Of a stretch of DNA of 64,000 nucleotides, positions 1 to 14,400 are shown piece after piece. The notes under the pieces are model-generated. The model did not search any database, was not told where the DNA came from, and was given only the letters and a program-made list of their open reading frames with translations. The position numbers and the translations under genes were made by a program. Every line of letters begins with the position of its first letter. The first letter of the stretch is position 1. The DNA lies in assembly GCA_002633005.1 (NCBI GenBank), contig NMRA01000544.1, positions 209,158 through 273,157 of the forward strand, given 5' to 3'. The stretch comes from Phoronis australis. Its lineage: Eukaryota > Animalia > Phoronida.

Positions 1-412
1 TTCACAGAGAATTGTTTTCAGAGATTATGGATACCCCCTGTGGTTGCTTTGTCACGCCAAACCTTACAGCCTTATGACAATCATTAAACACTTGAAGGAT
101 CAGTTCATTCAATATCGTATCGCTAGGTATATGGTCTTGTTTTATTTAACTAGCTGCTAAAGACACTGCCCAGAAATGTGTGTCGACCGGTAATCACGTT
201 TTATTCAGTTGGCTGCTAAAGACTCTCTAGAAATGTTTGATGAAGGGTGGTTTTAATATTGGACCTCTGAAGAGACCTGCAACTACTAGTTAAGATTTCA
301 ATTTCACTTCTGACCACCTATGTACCAAGTCAGAGACAAAATACTCGTTGAAGAACACAAAACCCTTGACAACAGCGCCGTTTGTTCGACATGCCTCTAC
401 CACCAACACTGA

Positions 413-485
413 GGAGGTGGTGTGGCTCAGTGGTTTGTACTCCGGACTCCCATTAAGGAGACCCGGGTTTGAATCCTGGCTTTAC
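413..485 (+). mobile_element. tRNA-derived (Gly-like) SINE head or tRNA pseudogene
   Basis: A box TGGCTCAGTGG, CTCCCA anticodon-like loop, B box GGGTTTGAATCC; stems degenerate. Confidence 0.55.
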
Positions 486-2269
486 TGGCAGACAATCAAG
501 CATTGCACGAACGAGTCTCTTACTCCTCTGAGCTCGGTCTTACTAGAGAATGTACGTAAGGGAATGAATGAGAGCCTGGATATGATGCGAAAGCAAATTC
601 TGAGGCTGTGCGCATATAACCAACCGTGAAATTGATTTGATAACGCACATATGTTATGTAGCGACAACAGACTCAATGCTCTGCACACTAAAGAAGGCCC
701 ATATCCTTCATTCTAAGACCTTCCTCTCATTGAATTACAAATAGTACTTTAACTAAGTTATAACTTTGGCCCTGACTCCCACCGATTTTGTGTTTCCTGT
801 CCAATTTTCATATTGTGACTATCAATTCTAGTGTTTGATCTGTCTGCAGTGCGGTGCGATTTTCTCTGATAATGTTTTCGGCAAAGTGACTAAAGAACAG
901 GACTTGTACATAGTATACAGTAGTAGTGTAAATATTATCATTTGCTTAAGAGCTGGTTTGTTTTATTGACCCAATTGCAAGTAATGGTAATCAGATAATG
1001 TTTAAATTTTATATGTTAAAAATAGTAAGACATAAATTTGTAGCTTCACGCTTTTACTTTTAAACATTTTTTGACATTCCTTACATTTTCGTGGACTGAT
1101 GATGGAGCTGTACCTGTGGATATATTGTCTCTCAGTAATCCGTCAATGAATGATGAATGGAAATACCAGCATTTTTCTCCTGCCAACAGCAGTGTAACTG
1201 TCACCAAATAGTTTTCAAATTAACCATAAATGTACGACAGTGATAAGACTAGTGTAAGACGATGAAACAACTACTGACTGCTGAAGGCCTAAACGCAAGT
1301 TGATTAAAAGATTCATGACAATAACTCTAGGCTCTCAGATAATCAAAATGGCCAGTGACATTTGTCACAGAAAATATCGCAAGGCAATGCGACATTCTAC
1401 GACGGCATTCAACGCCTGCCGTACGATGCCTTTCAACCATCACATCACCTTCCCTTGCTTTCTGTTGTATGCCATATCCGTAGGGGGTCAAATCACAACT
1501 CTGTATCTAAATTTATGATCAACAACACTGACACGTAATCATAGAATTCATCAGTGGTAATCTCTGCCTACACACTCAAGGTACCAGAGAAATAGGAATA
1601 CGGCAACTCTGGTTCAACCATTCTAAATACAAGTGCTTGGAATTATTGCATTGACAATTGTCAGTATACATGATCAGGGACTCGAACCCTTCACCTTGGA
1701 AATTTCTTGCCAAAATGAAGGTTCATAGGTGTAGCAGTTTCCAAAAGAATATTGGTATTACATCTCCTCAGCGCACCAGATTGCTGCAAGTATCGTAGGC
1801 AAAAAGCGTGCGCAAAAGAGTTGATGAGATTTTGACTGTGACCTGAAAAGACTGCCAAAATAGGAACAAAATGTTTCGAAATTTAATGCAAATATTTTTA
1901 CTGCAAATGGGACATTGTACAAAAACCAGATTTTGTTCATATCGACATGCATTAAAAATTAGATGTTGATGGAAATGATAAAATCATAGTAATAATTGTA
2001 ACAACATGCGTACCACAATGTAAAACACTCAACATGTTGTTATCTGGGGTGGAGCATATTTTAGTAAAAGTATTCAGTTTAAGAGTATCATTCTGGGTTC
2101 ATTTCTAACTAATCTTACAACTCGGATTCCAACTGTCCAGGAGTGAGCACTGCTTTCGCCACTGCATACCAGACAGTCAGTAATTCTAGAGAATGTTTTC
2201 CTGTCGTGGTAGAATGCCACCTGGTTCTTTGTACACTCCCGTTTGCTGGCAACAAAATCTTAAGCCTAC

Positions 2270-2443
2270 CCGCTGGTTAGTCTGAGACTGTTTTTGTCTC
2301 ATGATCAACTGCATAATCCCAGTCTTGATAGCATTCTGGTCATTAGGGATCAGGCCAATAAACGCTCGCTTCTTACGACTGAAGGTCAAGATCATGACGG
2401 ACACCTCACAGCCGGGGATAGCCTTCCAGGTGATGTAGCCCAC
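2270..2443 (-). CDS. MED25: MED25 exon 13, ACID domain C-terminal part (VGYITWKAIPGCEVSVMILTFSRKKRAFIGLIPNDQ...QR)
   Basis: CCTACAG/GTAGGC junctions; FxGLIPxDQ motif. Confidence 0.92.
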
Positions 2444-5400
2444 CTGTAGGGAAGATGGAAGGATTCGTGAAATATTGTACCTGAAACACGAGTCATGACC
2501 AGACCAGACAGGTTACACAAGGTTGTTCTAAAATGATGCGCTTCAGGCCATGTTAATCACATTGGTTGTGGTTTCACATATTGTTTCTTACCCATGTCAC
2601 TTTCGAGAATAGACAAGAGGACCATTACACCCACTAGCAGCCCTATCAGTTTATTAAATACATAAAATAAAAACATACAGTAATGTAACTTTTGCAAGAC
2701 AGATTCTGCAGGTGTATTTCATCTGTTCACCGCTCAAACCTTAAATTACAAATCAGGTTTCACGTCCCAAGATATGTGTTATCAGACCGGATGTTTACGA
2801 GCCGACAACAGTGTTCCTCAGTGCATTTGAAAAATGACAACGGCAGTACAGATGGAATCCCCTCATTTTACAGCAGTTCAAAAGATGACGTTTTTTTAAC
2901 CCTGAACACTGCCAAAGGTGGGTGCACCGAAACACCAACACTCTAGCTGTGCTCACCATCTTTGTCTGGAGTACCAGCCTAAACAGACTTTTGAATGCAT
3001 CCTGGTCACTATTGTTGAATGTGAACACGACGGTACGAGCGTCACGAAACTGCTGATGTAGTGGCTGGAGCCAAGCCTGGGGGAGCTGCTGCATGGTTAT
3101 CTTTTGTGGCCACTTAGACGCATTCCTGCGGGGAAAATGGGACAGTAGTTGAAAGGCCTCACTGAGACACTTGATAACATTAAGTACATACCGTGTCCAA
3201 ATAACAATATTGAATTATGATCATTAAAAACAACCATAAAGGGAATTTCCTTTAAACTCACAACCCAAAATCTAAATTACAAACAAGCCTTACTTCAGTC
3301 ATATTACTCATATCACAATCATTTCCATAGAATGATAAAGGAAAAGAATTTAACCCCAGCAAATTCGTGATGCAAGGCAAAAACACTGAAAAATCACCCA
3401 CCAGACCTTCCAAACTTAGACCACGTCATTTGTACATGCACTCTCAGTATCTGGTCATGCTTGAAACCAATTGCTTTCAAAGGTAAGAATGAGTGGCGTC
3501 TGATAGTTGATTAGAGAAAACTGTGACAGGTCAACTACACGCACAAGCCAATGCAACACCTTGCACGTCAACACAAAACAGAGAGCAGGTGGTGAAGTTT
3601 GGTACAAGAGGACAACAGTGGTTATTGTTACCCAACATTCACAGTTTGCTGAGAAGTGCGCTGTAGCGCAAAACAAAGTTTAATTTATACAAACGTACAC
3701 ATCCGGATCCCCAATGCCAACCATAACACTACAGGGTAGCGATCGAGTAATCTTTGTGCCTGGATCCATGGCTGATGTCTTGGTTTTGTCCTGCCACTCC
3801 AAGATGCCTACGACGGGAAACAGGTCACAAAGCAGTAAGACAAAACAAAAGTACACACTCGATAACACGTCAAAAAACACGGGTGCAATATGTTTAACAA
3901 CAGGATCCTGCTTCTTATAATATCTCCTCCCATGGGTTAGGGTCCTGAGTAACAAACTTGTATATAAAGATGGCATTCATAATTATCAGAGCGTAATAGC
4001 CTGGTCTTAATGTTCAAGGATGTCACTGAGACAATCTCGCTTTGTACCGGCAGTGCTCAAATTCCTTTAGGAACTTCTCAGCTTCTTAGCCGCGCTTACT
4101 ATTTTTACACAAAAATACCACAATTGCCGTTTTTTCAAAATGTTTGCTGTATCAAAATACAAAGCAGGAAATGTACTTTTTCAAGTTGAACGGATATTGA
4201 TTTAGCGTACGCATGGCTATTCCCTTTGCTCTGAACTCCAGCCAGCGGCGTGTGAAAAAATAATTGAAGGTGGTCTGGTACACATTGAACCAGATATGCG
4301 TAGGCCGCTTAGTCGGGCCCTTTGCTCTGACTGCTTTATTAATATATAGTTAAAACCCAGCTGAGGAACTAAAAACCTGACTACAGGGTCTAGCAGTGTG
4401 CCCCAGTAGGACTCAAATGCATGACTACAAGACGAGTAAAGAAACCGGACACTTGTAGCAGAAGGCTACACGGCCTCCTAGAGTGTCATGTAGCACAGCC
4501 AGTTTTCTTAAAAGTTATTTTCTGGGACAATATTTTCGCAAAGTTAATTCAATAGCAGGGCAGGAATGTTCACAGTGCAAATCTGTCTTCCTGGCCAGCG
4601 TGACTGGTTTAAATGAATAGCTGGACTAATTTTCTACCACGTACTTTCAAAGCACCATGCAAAAATTTTGGGATTCAACTTTTTACGCAGAGAACCAAAA
4701 AATCTGTACTTAGCACCCGGCGTATACTGTCCAGACGTTACCATGCACTCTGATGACATCTTTGACAAGGTTCTATAGGATAATTATTTACAATGTTTTT
4801 TTTTTCAGTAACTGGATTCAACGAATAAGTAAGTTTCCATCAGTGACTAAAAGCTTGCTCTCAGATTCAATGGGGGGATAACTCCGCATGCCTACAGCAG
4901 TCACAACAGGGAGTGCCGGCACACTTGCACAGACCGTAGGTTGCTTGATAGGGTTAAAGCAATCTTAACCACTTCACCTACCCTTCCAGATCAACTTCTT
5001 ATCTTGTTGCTGCTGAAGCAGTGCTTGTTCAAGGAGCTGCCCATGCACCGCCGGGTTGTTGACTACGTCTTCAGCATTGAAGTCTCCACCCATCATAGTG
5101 TTCTGTGGCAGTTGCTGCTGGGATAATTGCTGCTGAGATAATTGCTGCTGCTGTTGCTGAGACAAATGCTGCGACAACTTCTGCTGTTGAGACAACTGTT
5201 GCTGTTGCTGAGTTAATTGCTGTGATAACTGCTGCTGTTGTGATAGCTGCTGCTGCTGCTGCTGCTGCACCAACTGCTGCTGCTGTTGTTGAGACAACTG
5301 CTGAGACAGCTGAGAACTGGCACTGCTGACTGGTTGAATCGAAGGCTGCGAGGCATTTGCCATCTGGGCAAGCTGCTGCATGTTCATTTGCTGTTGTTGT

Positions 5401-8400
5401 TGTTGCTGCTGTTGTTGCTGCTGCTGTGGCTGTGACCTGTTCATCAGATTCTGCTGTTGCTGTAAGGTGGCGCCGAGCAGTGACGGTCGCATCTGAGACT
5501 GAACGTTCATCTGCTGAGCAGCGGCAAGATTCTGAGTCACACCCTGTTGGACCATCTGCTGCTGAGCTTGTGATGTCATGGGTGGTGACATCATCATTCT
5601 TTGCGACTGTTGTTGTTGTTGCTGTTGCTGCTGCGGCGGGATGTTGGGACGGGGAATCTGTTGACGGACCTGTCCTGACTGCGAAGTGACAAGTGTCTGA
5701 TTGGCCGGAGACAATGCAGACATAGTAGTCAACATGGTTGGCTGGGAGACAGTGGGGTTACGGCTGTTGCGCGCTGCAAGGTCAAAGTAAACACACTATG
5801 AAGGGCCAACTCAACTTATCATGGTCTATGCCTGACCACACAATACAAATTGGAAGATGTCTTTGATAATTCCGTCATGCTGCACATCAGATTGTATCGT
5901 TTTTCAAGAAAACGTGGCAATGATCACTTACAGCAGTTACGGATTCAGAGAACCAGTTTTATGTCAGTTATTCAGTGGAGAAAACTGATTTGTCAAAATG
6001 GATGACCACTAACAAAAACGAAGTAAGCAAACTAGAGTTCCACATTCACACATGTTGGCATTTTCAACACAGCATTTCAGACTCATGCTCAACTAATCCT
6101 TTTACCAATAAGATTCACAGAAAAGCCACCTAAGCAGTCCTCAAACTTAAGTCGTTTCTGAAAGCACTGATTAAATGAGTCATTTTGACTTTTGTTTTAT
6201 GACTAGCTAATTTCTCTATCCATAAGACAAGAATTCCTAGATGTATTTCAAATTCTCACTTATTTCCCAATGAACACACACATATATACGAGTGATGCCC
6301 ATACTCACAATTTCCTGGTGGAAAGTATGTGAGAAAAACAAAGGCACATTTACTTTCTTTAAGTCCATTTTGTGCATGGATGTCTAATTGTTTTTCTATT
6401 TTTACACTCAATGAAAATATGCCCCACATAGACAGTGGCAGAAGAGATCACTGTCTTAGAGATACCCATTAGTCTCGTTCAGTCATTGTTCAGGCTTTAA
6501 CTTTCATTGTGTCAATTGAGTAATCGGTACATTTTACAGATACATTTAATTTTTTCCTCTTTATAAAATCTTAAGCACTTTCCATCTTCAACTAGAATCT
6601 AAACATGACAGACAAAAATAGACTAAAATAGTTATTGGGTGCCTCAACAATAATTCAGCACTGCCTCACTCTCACGTTACCCTCACCCGATATATTGGCC
6701 TGCTCCAGGACACTGTTAGCTGCTTCCTGGGCCTTCTGCGGAGCAGCCTGCCTGGGGGGCTGAACATGGGTCATCGCCGGATGTATCTGACCACCCTGGC
6801 TTTGCTGATAAACAAAAATATTTGACAAGCTACAAATACAACAATTACTCTGGTTTTGAGGCTATTTATGGTGATAGTGTATTAAGCACTATGGTAGAAA
6901 CAAACTGTCCAATAACAACTCACTAATCACAAGGTACAAAAGACAGTACCTATCATATGGCAATAACTCTCTAAATTGGAACAGTTTCTTAAATTAGAGA
7001 AAGTGAAATTCAAACAGACATTGTATTTTCTTGACTCTTAAGATTTGGACATGGGCGACTAAGACACAGAGTTTTATGTCAACAGTCAGAATAGACTTAG
7101 CAGTTCGTATAATTGTCAAAAATTTGCGGACGTTAAGATTTCTTGCATCCTCATAGTGTGTAACACACACATGAAGGATTGTTTGTTGTTGATAGCAATA
7201 CTTGAATTCAGGAAGGGCACTATTGCCTACTTCTAAATTTCGGTACAAATTCCTACCCTAAGTAAAATGAAATTTGTCACTGCCTCAAATTGCAGAATTG
7301 TTAACAAAGACTGTTTTTTAAACCGTCACTATTTGTCAAAGAAATACGTTTTCAGCATCAACAGAACACATTGAAATTTGTATGCAATTTGTTCCGATTT
7401 GATGAGGTAATACAAGAAATCCGAAATCGTCCACAGAATTAAATCGAAGTTTGTCTTTGTGCAGTCTTTAACATGAAGTACCATCACACAGGTCAAATTC
7501 TTACATTTTTTTTAATTTCAAAACATTAACTTTATTGAGCCACGCCAACGAAACAATGTACATTAAGTGTTTCTAACACTAACCTGAGAAACAGCAGTTG
7601 GCCTGACACCTTGTGAGTTCTGTGGGAATGACTGCGTGGCTGGAACATATGTAGATGAAGACCGAGGAAGAGCGGTAGTGTTCGGGTTTGGCATGGTTTG
7701 ACGAGACTGTTGGGTGTCAGCTACAAGAATGGTATTGCAAAGCAGTATTCACTTAGCACAAAAATTCCATTGACTGCTTGAAAGTGTCAGAATGTAACTC
7801 TACAGTTATATCTAATCCTAGGAGCAAACTTCACAGTTTTACTTGCCCAGTCCAACCCAACCATCTTCATTGCTGCCTTCCACCTCCCTTTATCTTCCAC
7901 CCCCCATTTATCTTCCACTGCCCCTTTCTGCCTCATCCTAAACTTCAGTTCAACCACTGAGTATGTCTTATATAGGACCTTATCGACTAGTCTGTACCAT
8001 ACAGTGAGCCATACGTCAACAAAACTAAATAACTTAAGGTTATCTGGGACCTTAATAAACGACCTCAACAACAAAGATAAAAAATATGTTTTGTCAACCA
8101 TTAAAGGCATACATTTCCTGAAAGGAGAAAGATCGGGGATTCTAAAAATAAGCTTCTTGCTACTATGGCTTTGTTACTGTCACATGACAACAATTCTTAA
8201 GTCAAATTTTCATGAGCAAGGAAGGTATATTCACAGCAAAATAACCCCCCAGCCGATTTTACTAAAACTTTTTTAAATGAAAACTTTGCGTTACAACTCA
8301 AAATCTGTTAGGAATTTTTTTATTATTCACTTAGTTAGGGTTTAATGCCAAATTAACTCCCAAAACAAAAGGTACGGAAATAAAACAGAAGTCCTATTTG

Positions 8401-11400
8401 TATATTGCTCAGTACACGAAAACTAAACATTTTAAAGCAAATTCCTAACAGTGTTTTTGAGACATAACGTAAAGTTTTCATTTTGAATGTTTTAGCAAAA
8501 TCAGCTGGGGGGTTATTTTGCTATGAATAGATACCTTTTTTGCACATGAAATTTTGACTTAAAAAACCTGGTCACTTGACACAAAGACCCAGTAGCAAGA
8601 ACCATATTTTTAGAATCCCTGATCTTTCTCCTTTCAGAAAATATTATGATTTCAAAGGTCGAAAATGCATAGTGTTTTATATTTGACTTAGAGTTGAGGT
8701 TGTTTATTAAGGTCCTAGATAACCTTAACCATTCAGCCACTTCTGAGATATGATGTTCGAAAGTTGGCTTTTTTCTAGGGTCTTACATAACCTTAGCAAT
8801 TCCAATTGAACACTGAAATCGACGAATTCCAGCAACGAAATTTCAAGAACTGAATCCTGGACTACGTTCCAAAAACACAAAAATCTCCCAAGTAAAGCTG
8901 GTGAGTGTGGTCATGTGCTTTGCTTACAATGAACGGTGATATCACACTAAGCCTTGAGTGATGTTGCCTTTTTGCGAGATTCTCGCTACCCAGTTAGATA
9001 GGCTAAGCGGATTTCTTTCCCGTTCAAACAGCACGCGTACAGGTGCAACTTACCTGTAGACACTACAGAGGGACTCGAGTGCTTGACAACGTTCTGTTTA
9101 TCATCCTGATCTGGCGCCGGACTCGGTGCTCGCTCTATAACGAGAAAAGAATTATTTTAAGACAATGTCACTTAGCCACACAAAAACAACTTGCACGGCA
9201 AATTCCGTACCTGTCATGCTATATCATTTCTAGTTTGTAAACTCTCAAACCCGACAACCAGTGAGCTCGGTGCATCTGCTAGGCCAAACGGCAAAGACGT
9301 TTTCATTGGTGGTTGGCTGCCAATGAGATTTCACTTGTTTTGGCAACTGATTTGACTCCCAAACCAATCAAATGTGTGTGTGTATTGATGTAGGTAAGGA
9401 CAAGGAATCAAGAGATAAGTCAACAGAATATCAACGCTAAGTGTTACGGAATTTCATTCAACCACATGAAGTACTGAAGTGGAAAAATAAAACCTGGCAC
9501 TTAGCATTATTTGCCAGTGACGCAAAACCAACTGGTTCACTCTACTGGATACAGAAACTGCCGAAATCCCGTGAAAATTGCTACGTTCACACAGGGTTAG
9601 GCCAATATAGTTTGTCGCAATTACAATTCCGCAGGAACTGCACAGTTTTAACTCCCTTGTAGATGATGTCAGCCGGTTCCGCAAGTATCAAGTTAATACA
9701 GGCAGTATTCACCTTGTAACTGGAAGCCTTTCAATAACACTAGATGGCACCTGTTCTTTGTGTAGTCTTTCTCCACTTGGTAGTTGCGCGATGTATGCTC
9801 AAACAGCTGATACAGAGCAGGCAGCTTCCGGGGAGCCATAATGGAAAGATGGACACCTCTCTGGAAAACAAGTGGGGCACTGCAAGGTAAGGCAAGCATC
9901 CCGTAGACACGAGCATCTCGCAAAAAATGCAAGATAACGTATCAGTTTGAGAGATATTGCCATGCATCACAAGCAAATTATGCAATCGCAGCAGCTTCCT
10001 TCGCTACAATGTTGCACTTAAGCCAAGATCTCACATTACGGACTTCAACAGCAGTGTTTTCCCCAACAGAAAATTTGTAAGTTTGAAAATGTGTCGGAGG
10101 TGCGTGTCCCAGAAGCAAGCAGCCGTGGACGTTCTTAGAAGCACAAAATTCACGTACTTCCATTTGCACTATCCTCAAGTACTTAAATAGTCTGTGGACA
10201 GTTTTTGTAAAAACCCTAATTTTGAGGGCAGCAATGCCTTTTTTCCAGGTGATCACGGGTCAATCAGATGTACTGTGTCATAAGAGACAGAAAAATGGTC
10301 GTAGCATGTCCAAAATGTTGGACAGTAGGTAAGCATGATAAGAAACCGTGATATCTAACATGATATTCAGTATTGCAGGTTGCTGTCACTCTCATTGTCT
10401 AACCTCCACCAACATTTTGGAATCTGGTTCCATGCCTAAGTGTGATATGACATGATATTCAGTATCGATCACACGTTAATATCAGTCTCATTGTCTCATA
10501 TCAGCCAAAATGTTGTTCAATTACAACGAATGAGAAACTTGATATATGATGTGATAATACATAATATCACACACTGCTATCAGTCTCACTGCCTTACCCT
10601 GGCCAACACGCTGGACAGCTGGTCAAGTCAGAAACCTTGATATCTGACGTGATAATGTTCAACATTACTTACAGCTGTTAGCTTCCATTTAACTCAGTCA
10701 ATATTTTGAACTATAGAAAGCATTCGAAATCTTTAATATCAGACATTATAATATTCAGTATCGCAAGCTATTATCATCAGACTCAATGTCTAACCTCAGC
10801 CAACAAGTGGTATGTGACATGACATTCAGTATCACGTGCTGCTATCTGTTTCATTGTCTTACCTCAGCCAACATGTTGGACAGCTGGTCGCATGTATAAC
10901 CATGATACTTGATATGCTCAAAGCTCTTGATGTCATAAGGTTGAGAATTACAGATTAGTACACAATGCTTCTCCGACGCAGACCTACAAACGATAAACAG
11001 AAAATAAAATCTAAGATCTTAGTCTCGTTAACCAAGCAGTCACAAAACATAATGTGAGTGTTGCAGAGAGTGACACTTGATGAAATTGAATGATAAATGA
11101 CAATATTGATGACGATAGTATTGACGATGACGAAGACGCGATGATGATGATGATGATGACAAAAAAAGAATGAAAAACAATTGTGTACAAATGATGGTAA
11201 ACTAACAAAAGCGCAGCAAAGAATCAGCCAATAAAAGAGCAGTCGTAAGAAAAACTCAAATAACTAGGGAACAGTAAGTGGTAGCGATAAACGGATTACA
11301 CACACAAGATAACACATGACGAGATTTATTGACATTAAAATAAATTTCAGAAGAATTACTTAAAGGACCGCAAAGCGGAGATTCGAAAAATGGCTGCTAC

Positions 11401-14400
11401 AGAGCAACAACGGGTGTCAAGCTGACAAAACACATGTTGAGTGCAACTTTCCTGCCTACCGGACAAGAAATGAGCTCTCCAGTGAACGAACAATGAACAA
11501 ACAAATATAGCAGAGTAACAGACTTACGAAACATTTTCCCCGATTAATAATGAAGAAAATATGTTTTTTTCAAAAATAAAACAAGTCTCTGCAAACATGA
11601 AACAATAAGTCTGAGACTGGCTTAGCAATATCAGAGGTGCTCACTATGAGACACTTCGCTTGATAATGCTTTTAGCATAGCTCAGATACCGTAGGCTCTG
11701 CTGGAGGCTATAACTTACATGGGTTCGCGTAATGCATCATAATCGTCGAACACATTCAGCGCAGTGCAGAGTGCCTCCACAATATGGCTGCATGATGAAC
11801 CGCCACCTCCGATGAACCTTGAAATTGAAAAACAGAGCTATGATAATCGACCCAAAAACAAACTTTCCCTTTGATACTCTATCAACTCCTGACCTCAAAT
11901 AAACTTTCAATATCCTTCATTCTTTAAGTATGGTAACTTGCTTAAATACAATATGTTAACCTAAGTGAACTTCTGTTTAATTTGCACCAAATGTATTCAG
12001 CCTTTGACCTCAGCAACACAGAGACTGCACCCTACCCAAAATAAAAAAAGTTTTGACAACCTGAATACCATTTCATCTAAACACCTTGTCACTGTAATCC
12101 TATTTAACTGAAATAGATAACCAAAATAACCTTCACTTTAGCACACAGTATGGCCAACAACTGAAATTTCATTTTGTCTAAGTGCTAAGCAAAAATAAGC
12201 ATTAGAGAATGAGCATCATTACTAGCATTGATTTCACTGTGCAGCTGCCTTCAAACAATTTACAACATAGAAACATTTTTATCATCCTTAATACAGTAGT
12301 TCAGCCTTTGGAAAATAGAGGAATGGTCATGTTGGCAATATTTTTTGTCTGAAATTGAAAAGCGTCTTCTTTGCCGTAGAGCTAAAACTTCATTTCACTC
12401 TTCCTGTTTTAAATAGCACATAATTGGAAGTCAGAGTAAAAATATTCCTTTGCTAAAAACTCCAATTCAAGAATTTTCAAATTGTGAGACACTGAAATCT
12501 GTGCAACAGTTGAATTTTAAAGATAAATAAATTACAGAACACAGGCGATATTTCCATTTTTATATTTCTCAAATTCCAAACATTTTACATAAAAGGATCT
12601 CAAATAGTCTTAGAAGTTCATAAAAAGCAGTGCAGATCACTCACATGTAGGTAAAAACTACTGTCAGTACATTTGAGATAGAGACTTTATTACTACAAAT
12701 TTATCAAGCAAAATATTTTTTGTTCTGTGACCTAAACTAAAGATTATTTACCATAAATGACACCTTTTCAAATTAAGAATAGGTAGGCCTATTTACAATT
12801 GATTGTTTGGAACTGGGATAGGTTTTCAACTTTTCTTTTGTTTGTCAAGTTCCCCTGTGATGAAATTTGATTTGTGGCAAATGGTTAATTGTGGTGGCAA
12901 GACATATACGGTTTATTTCTTTGAGCACTGTTAAATGTACATGTAACTGACAGTGATAATCTTCTTAATTTTCTAGCGGGCTCAACATTATTTCCATCAT
13001 CAGCTTGGTCTTTTTCTTTTTAAAGAGCTCTTTCAATTTTTGTTACATTCATTAATTTAAGTGTCTGTAACACTGCTTGTGATAGAAGCATGCACGCACC
13101 AAACCTAAAAATGGAGGGCTGGAGTTTTTGAGAATGGGGACATTTATTAAGATTCAAGGGAAACTTTCGAGCTAGGAATTGTACGTTTGTCAAATTTTGG
13201 TAGTTTCTACCTTTTTAGTGAACTTTTGTCTCATTTTCTACTTTTTTGGAGATTTTGTTTCTCTGAGACAAACCTTTTTACCCACTTAACCAAATGAGGG
13301 AGGCTCGTTCAAGCAGCCGAGCCCCCCCCCCCAACCCAGGGTGCGCGTATGACAAAAGCTTTTTTCACAAAAACTTAAAACTTTTCAGCAATGATACTTC
13401 TCTTGCACTCAATGTTGATACGTTTGTTTGCAGTAGCCTTAGACCAGATAATATCTGAAAATTCCAGCTCAGAAATTTGAGCAGAAGTTGACACATGAAT
13501 GCAACAAGAGGCAGACATCTTGCCAGTCTATTGTGAAGTCGCACACTTGCTGAATAATTCATGGTTTCAGCAGAGTCCTAGCTGTCCCAAAACTGTTCTT
13601 TGCGAAACACAAAATGATTCAGGAATGTGCCAAGAATTGTTTCAGTACAATGACACTCATGGCCATTTTGGCTTTCCTCAATTCCTAACTGCCTTCTGGT
13701 TTTTGAGCCGTGGCCCTTGGTAATTGCCTATTACTTGCACACCCATCCAAGAATTAATAGTAGTCAGTAGCAGTAAACAAGCTAGATAAGCTAGCGGGAT
13801 AGCATCAGCTGACTGTCCTCTGATGAAGGTTTTCAAGCCAAGCAGACGACTTTTGAAGGGGAAAGGTATGGACACAATATTTTCCTAGCATTTGATTGGC
13901 TGTTCGGATCATTTTGCACTGATACCTGGTGGCTAACATATTAGTTGAGGTTATATTTTTTGCAACTTTTAAATTAAAATTCTTACTAAACGTAGCCTAC
14001 AAGAGTATTCTTGGGAACTTTTTTGAAATTGACTTTTGAAAATCTGGAGATGGGTTTAATGCAAAGTTCCCGTTGTCCCCAGAAAATGGCCACGGAGGTG
14101 AAAGATAGGAGAGCTGGGACTATGGCCTCATTTGGTTGTCAAAGTTTCTTCCACAGCTGGCTATGCTCCCAGGGGTCATAGCTCCTCAATGAATTACTAT
14201 ATGTATTATGTAGGGTTCGTACCTTAGTGCGACTCCATACTGGTGTTTCAGAGCTGTAACTGCATGATTTTCATCTTTTTTTATAAAACATCAAAAGCGA
14301 AGTAAATGTCATTATTCTAATACAATAATGTGCCACAGGAATATGCCCATTTAATTTTTTTGAGTTTGTGCTCGTTTCATGCTTTTCAACATGCGTTTTA

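Noticed and set aside
413-485. Functional tRNA gene (also the tRNA-like heads at 14668, 35371 and 56948)
   Set aside because: Acceptor and anticodon stems do not pair properly, and the heads are embedded in repeat bodies.
5105-5689. Ala/Val-rich plus-strand ORFs
   Set aside because: Antisense shadows of the MED25 poly-Q exon.
8004-8740. Two similar ORFs on opposite strands (8004+ and 8513-)
   Set aside because: They are the two arms of the foldback element, not genes.
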